Shown here: positions 60,775-64,000 of the stretch, piece after piece
Position numbering within the stretch: position 1 is the first letter of the stretch
How the letters are laid out: the number at the start of each line of letters is the position of its first letter
Notes under the pieces: model-generated
Seen by the model: the letters and a program-made list of their open reading frames with translations, nothing else
Database searches by the model: none
Told to the model about the DNA's origin: nothing
NCBI GenBank assembly: GCA_963674595.2
Contig: CAXXFV010000015.1
Span: forward strand, 64,001-128,000
Source: a bacterium
Lineage (GTDB): Bacteria > Zhuqueibacterota > Zhuqueibacteria > Residuimicrobiales > Krinioviventaceae
Direction: 5' to 3'
DNA: 64,000 nt
Made by a program: the position numbers and the translations under genes

Positions 60775-62067
60775 TTGATAAAAATAGAAGAAGAACAAAA
60801 AGAACGTGCTATTGTTGTCGGCGTCATTCGTCCCGACCAAAACCGGTTTATGGTTTCCGATTATCTCGATGAACTGGAACTTTTGGCAGATACTGCCGGC
60901 GCTGAAATTGTCGAGCGTATGGTGCAGGAACGTGACCGTTTTGATCCGGCCTTTATGATTGGTCGCGGAAAGGTGCAGGAGCTTTCGGCAATGACAAAAT
61001 ATTTGGATGCCGACCTTGTAATTTTTGATGATGATTTAACACCTGCCCAGGTTAAAAATATTGAAGAAGTTTGTAAGGTTAAAATTTTGGACCGAAGCGG
61101 TTTGATTTGGATATTTTTGCCAAACATGCCAGAACACGCGAAGCCAGAACACAGGTCGAACTGGCACAGTTAAAATATTTACTGCCGCGTTTGACACGTC
61201 AATGGACGCACCTGTCGCGTCAGGTTGGTGGTATTGGTGTTCGCGGACCGGGTGAAACACAGCTCGAAGTGGACAGGCGTATGCTGAGAAAACGCATCGG
61301 GGTTTTGGAAGCTGAACTGGAAAAAAATTGCCCGGCAGCGATCCATCAGGCGCAAAAATCGCAAAACCGTATTTAAACTTGGGCTTATTGGCTATACAAA
61401 TGTGGGTAAATCCACAATTTTAAACGCATTAACCGAAGCTGATGTTTTGGTGGAAGACCGTTTATTTGCTACCCTGGATTCCACCATTCGTTCCTTTAAA
61501 CTTTCAGAACATCAGGCGGTTTTGTTGATCGATACGGTGGGTTTTATTCGCAAACTGCCCCATCATTTGGTCGCTTCTTTTAAAAGCACATTGGAAGAAG
61601 TTTCCAACGCCGATTGTTTGTTACACGTTATAGATATGACCCATCCGCAGTTTCGTGAGCAAATTTATGCTGTGGAACGTGTTTTGTCAGAGTTAAAAAT
61701 GGACAAAAAACCTCTGTTAAAAGTTTTTAACAAAATTGACAAGCTGGAAGATTCGACACTTATAGCAAAATTAAAACAAACCGACCAGCCCTGTGTGTTT
61801 GTTTCGGCAAGTCAGGGTATCTTTTTAAACGATTTGAAAGAACAGGTTAAAACCTTTGTTGAACATGCATCGAAAAACCTGCAGCTTGTTTTAGCTATTC
61901 AGGATGTTAAAGTTTTACCGCTGTTAAATCAGTTTGCAGAAGTCGCGAATATCACTTATGAGGATGACAGGGCAATTATTGATTTGCGTGCTACAGAAGA
62001 GAATGTGGGACGAATTAATCGTTTGCTTGAAAAGGAAAATATTTCTGTATTAGAGGTGCAGGATTAA
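60775..62067 (+). CDS. hflX: GTPase HflX, split by two homopolymer indels (probably sequencing errors)
   Basis: Three consecutive frames give [10 protein letters not shown]...DRSGLI | [27 protein letters not shown]...[13 protein letters not shown] | GYTNVGKST...LFATLD...DTVGFI...NKID. One T is missing at 61106-61108 and one A is extra at 61321-61327. Confidence 0.9.
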
Positions 62068-62068
62068 A

Positions 62069-63418
62069 ATGAGATTTCTCGTTGTAGATGATGATACCAA
62101 TGTGTGCTCGTCGCTAAAATGGCTGTTGACCCAGGAAGGGCATAAAGTTCAGACAGGTTCAAACGGAAATGCAGCCGTAAAACTGGTTCAGGAAAACGAG
62201 TTTGATGCGGCTTTTATGGATGTTATGATGCCGGAACTGAATGGTTTGGATGCCCTGAAAAAGATCCTTGAAATTGCACCTCAGTTAAAAGTTTTTATGA
62301 TATCCGGACAGGCTGATATTGAAATGGCCGTCAAGGCGACAAAATATGGGGCTTATGATTTTTTGGAAAAACCGCTCAATCCTGAACGAACCCTGCTTGA
62401 AGTTCGTAAACTGGTTGAGCAAACAAAGGCCCAAAAGGAAATTAATTCTTTAAAAAAACTGGCCGATGTTGATTATCGAATAGTTGGTGATTCTCTGGTT
62501 ATAAAAAATTTGCTGGAAATTGTTCACCGGGCCGCTCCCAGTGAGGGCAGGATTTTAATATTTGGCGAAAACGGCACGGGCAAAGAGCTTGTTGCCCGTG
62601 AAATCCACAAAACAAGTGCCAGAGCAGATGCCCCTTTTGTGCAGTTGAATTGTGCCGCCATTCCGGGTGAATTGATCGAAAGTGAATTGTTTGGTTATGA
62701 AAAAGGGGCTTTTACAGGCGCCATCCGGCGCAAACCGGGGCTCATTGAACAGGCTGAAGGCGGGACTCTGTTTTTGGATGAAGTTGGTGATATGGCCCTG
62801 GAAACGCAGGCAAAACTTTTACGGGTCCTCCAGGAAAATGAATTTTTCAGGGTCGGTTCTACAAAACCGATAAAATTTAATGTGCGGATTTTAGCCGCAA
62901 CCAACAAAGATTTGAGTGCTGAAATAAAACAGGGACGTTTTCGTGAAGATTTGTATTTTCGCTTGAATGTGATACCTGTGAATGTACCGCCTTTACGTGA
63001 AAGACTGGAAGATATTCCGGACCTGGTGTCCCATTTTTTACAACGGTATTCCATTAAAAACGGGAAAAAATTAAAAAAATTATCCGATAAATCAATTCAA
63101 ATGCTGCAAAATTACCATTGGCCGGGAAATGTCCGGGAACTTGGAAATATAATTGAACGTTTAGCCATTATGACTATTGGTGATAATATTATGGAACAGG
63201 ATGTGAGTCTTGTTTTGGGAGGAACCGGTGACAATAATGAAAATGCTTTCACTTCCAATTCCTCTTTTACATCGCTCAAAGACCAAATGGACCAGGTTGA
63301 AAAAGCCATTCTGTTAAAAGCTTTAAAAGACTGCGAAGGGAATATTTCTAAAGTGTCTTCTATGCTTCAAACCGATAGAGCGAATTTGTACAAAAAGTTT
63401 AAAAAATATGGAATATAG
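62069..63418 (+). CDS. Sigma54-dependent response regulator (NtrC/NtrX family)
   Basis: REC (AAFMD); GENGTGKE; ESELFG.EKGAFTGA; LFLDEVGD; FREDLYFRLNV; WPGNVREL; Fis-type HTH. Confidence 0.95.
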   Translation: MRFLVVDDDTNVCSSLKWLLTQEGHKVQTGSNGNAAVKLVQENEFDAAFMDVMMPELNGLDALKKILEIAPQLKVFMISGQADIEMAVKATKYGAYDFLEKPLNPERTLLEVRKLVEQTKAQKEINSLKKLADVDYRIVGDSLVIKNLLEIVHRAAPSEGRILIFGENGTGKELVAREIHKTSARADAPFVQLNCAAIPGELIESELFGYEKGAFTGAIRRKPGLIEQAEGGTLFLDEVGDMALETQAKLLRVLQENEFFRVGSTKPIKFNVRILAATNKDLSAEIKQGRFREDLYFRLNVIPVNVPPLRERLEDIPDLVSHFLQRYSIKNGKKLKKLSDKSIQMLQNYHWPGNVRELGNIIERLAIMTIGDNIMEQDVSLVLGGTGDNNENAFTSNSSFTSLKDQMDQVEKAILLKALKDCEGNISKVSSMLQTDRANLYKKFKKYGI

Positions 63419-63464
63419 GTCTGGTTCGAAAGAGACGAATCTACATTACAAGAGGAACAAAGGA

Positions 63465-64000
63465 ATGAATTTAAAAAGCAGATGGATCAGTGTTTTAGCG
63501 GTTATCCTGTTCAGCTTTTCCTCCCTTTTTGCTGATGTTAAAATAAGGGGAACGAATCGGAATTATCAACAAGGGGAATGGATCACATACGGAACGACCC
63601 GTTTTATAAGGTATATATCGCTGGGGAATGAATTTGTTTACTTTGCAACAACCGGGGGTATTACTCGTTTTAATTATTACAGCAACAGGTGGGATTTCCC
63701 GTGGACGATCAGCAATGGTTTGGCTGATAATAATATTTTTTTGGTGGCCCAAGATTCGGGCACAGGATATTTATGGTGTGTTACTGAAAAAAGCCTGAGT
63801 TGTTTGGAACCGGCAACAAAGTATTGGAACAACTATTTTTTCGATGAAATGAACCTGGGAAATGTTTATAATGGTGAAGCAATCTTGTCCCTAGGGTTGG
63901 GACGTTCCGGAGAATTGTACGTTTATACCAAATATAAAGAGATATACAAAACCGACTATTTATTTGTAAATTTTGACCGGGTAGAAGAAAGCATTAATAA
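63465..64000 (+). CDS. Secreted beta-propeller-like protein, 3' end runs out of the window
   Basis: Manual translation from ATG 63465 (AGGA SD): MNLKSRWISVLAVILFSFSSLFAD...VYFATTGGITRFNY...TISNGLADNNI..VAQD..TGYLW. The frame stays open to the window end. Confidence 0.75.
   Translation, partial: MNLKSRWISVLAVILFSFSSLFADVKIRGTNRNYQQGEWITYGTTRFIRYISLGNEFVYFATTGGITRFNYYSNRWDFPWTISNGLADNNIFLVAQDSGTGYLWCVTEKSLSCLEPATKYWNNYFFDEMNLGNVYNGEAILSLGLGRSGELYVYTKYKEIYKTDYLFVNFDRVEESIN

Noticed and set aside
61100-61330. Programmed frameshifting or phase variation in hflX
   Set aside because: There are two opposite indels in short homopolymers, and similar indels occur in the neighbouring gene. Sequencing error is more parsimonious.
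2883-63752. Numerous 60-150 aa ORFs nested in or antisense to long genes
   Set aside because: They overlap well-supported CDSs and lack motifs or clear ribosome-binding sites.

Overview
This is an AT-rich chromosomal segment from a diderm (LPS-making) bacterium. Gene content (group II GGGP synthase, BatA protein, HTCS-like propeller sensors, large Alu-type SRP RNA) suggests an FCB-related lineage such as KSB1 or Calditrichota; this is inference only. Layout: (1) 5' part of a stand-alone spirochaete/mitochondrial-type EF-G1 on the minus strand. (2) An 18-kb, 11-gene signalling array (1958-20275) with four HisKA_2 kinases, an HDOD module, receiver-gated kinases and receivers but no DNA-binding output. 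It has a candidate sigma54 promoter and ends at a terminator facing the 3' end of ssrA. (3) tmRNA, a sugar-binding protein, fucI, ddl, dapF, a CHASE2 adenylate cyclase, rlmB and a PP2C phosphatase. (4) A minus-strand envelope/LPS block. (5) An unusual operon (37838-41986) of Glu-substituted pseudo-receiver/DUF4388 proteins, two degenerate CvnD/MglA-like GTPase domains and a 4-Cys protein. (6) A divergent sigma-like/zinc-finger anti-sigma-like pair with a sigma54 promoter and shared tandem TGT-N11-ACA sites. (7) A tRNA/tadA/large SRP RNA/dnaX/ybaB/recR cluster, with an A9 slippery site in dnaX. (8) pgpA, cinA, thpR, recA, recX, a PLP lyase, alaS, GGGPS, a PHP phosphatase, gmhA, a BatA protein, hflX and an NtrC-family regulator. 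Indels near 59.8-61.3 kb look like homopolymer sequencing errors. No CRISPR array, integrase or transposase was seen. The best candidates for an undescribed system are the pseudo-GTPase/pseudo-receiver operon, the adjacent sigma54-linked sigma/anti-sigma-like pair, and the output-less multi-kinase array.
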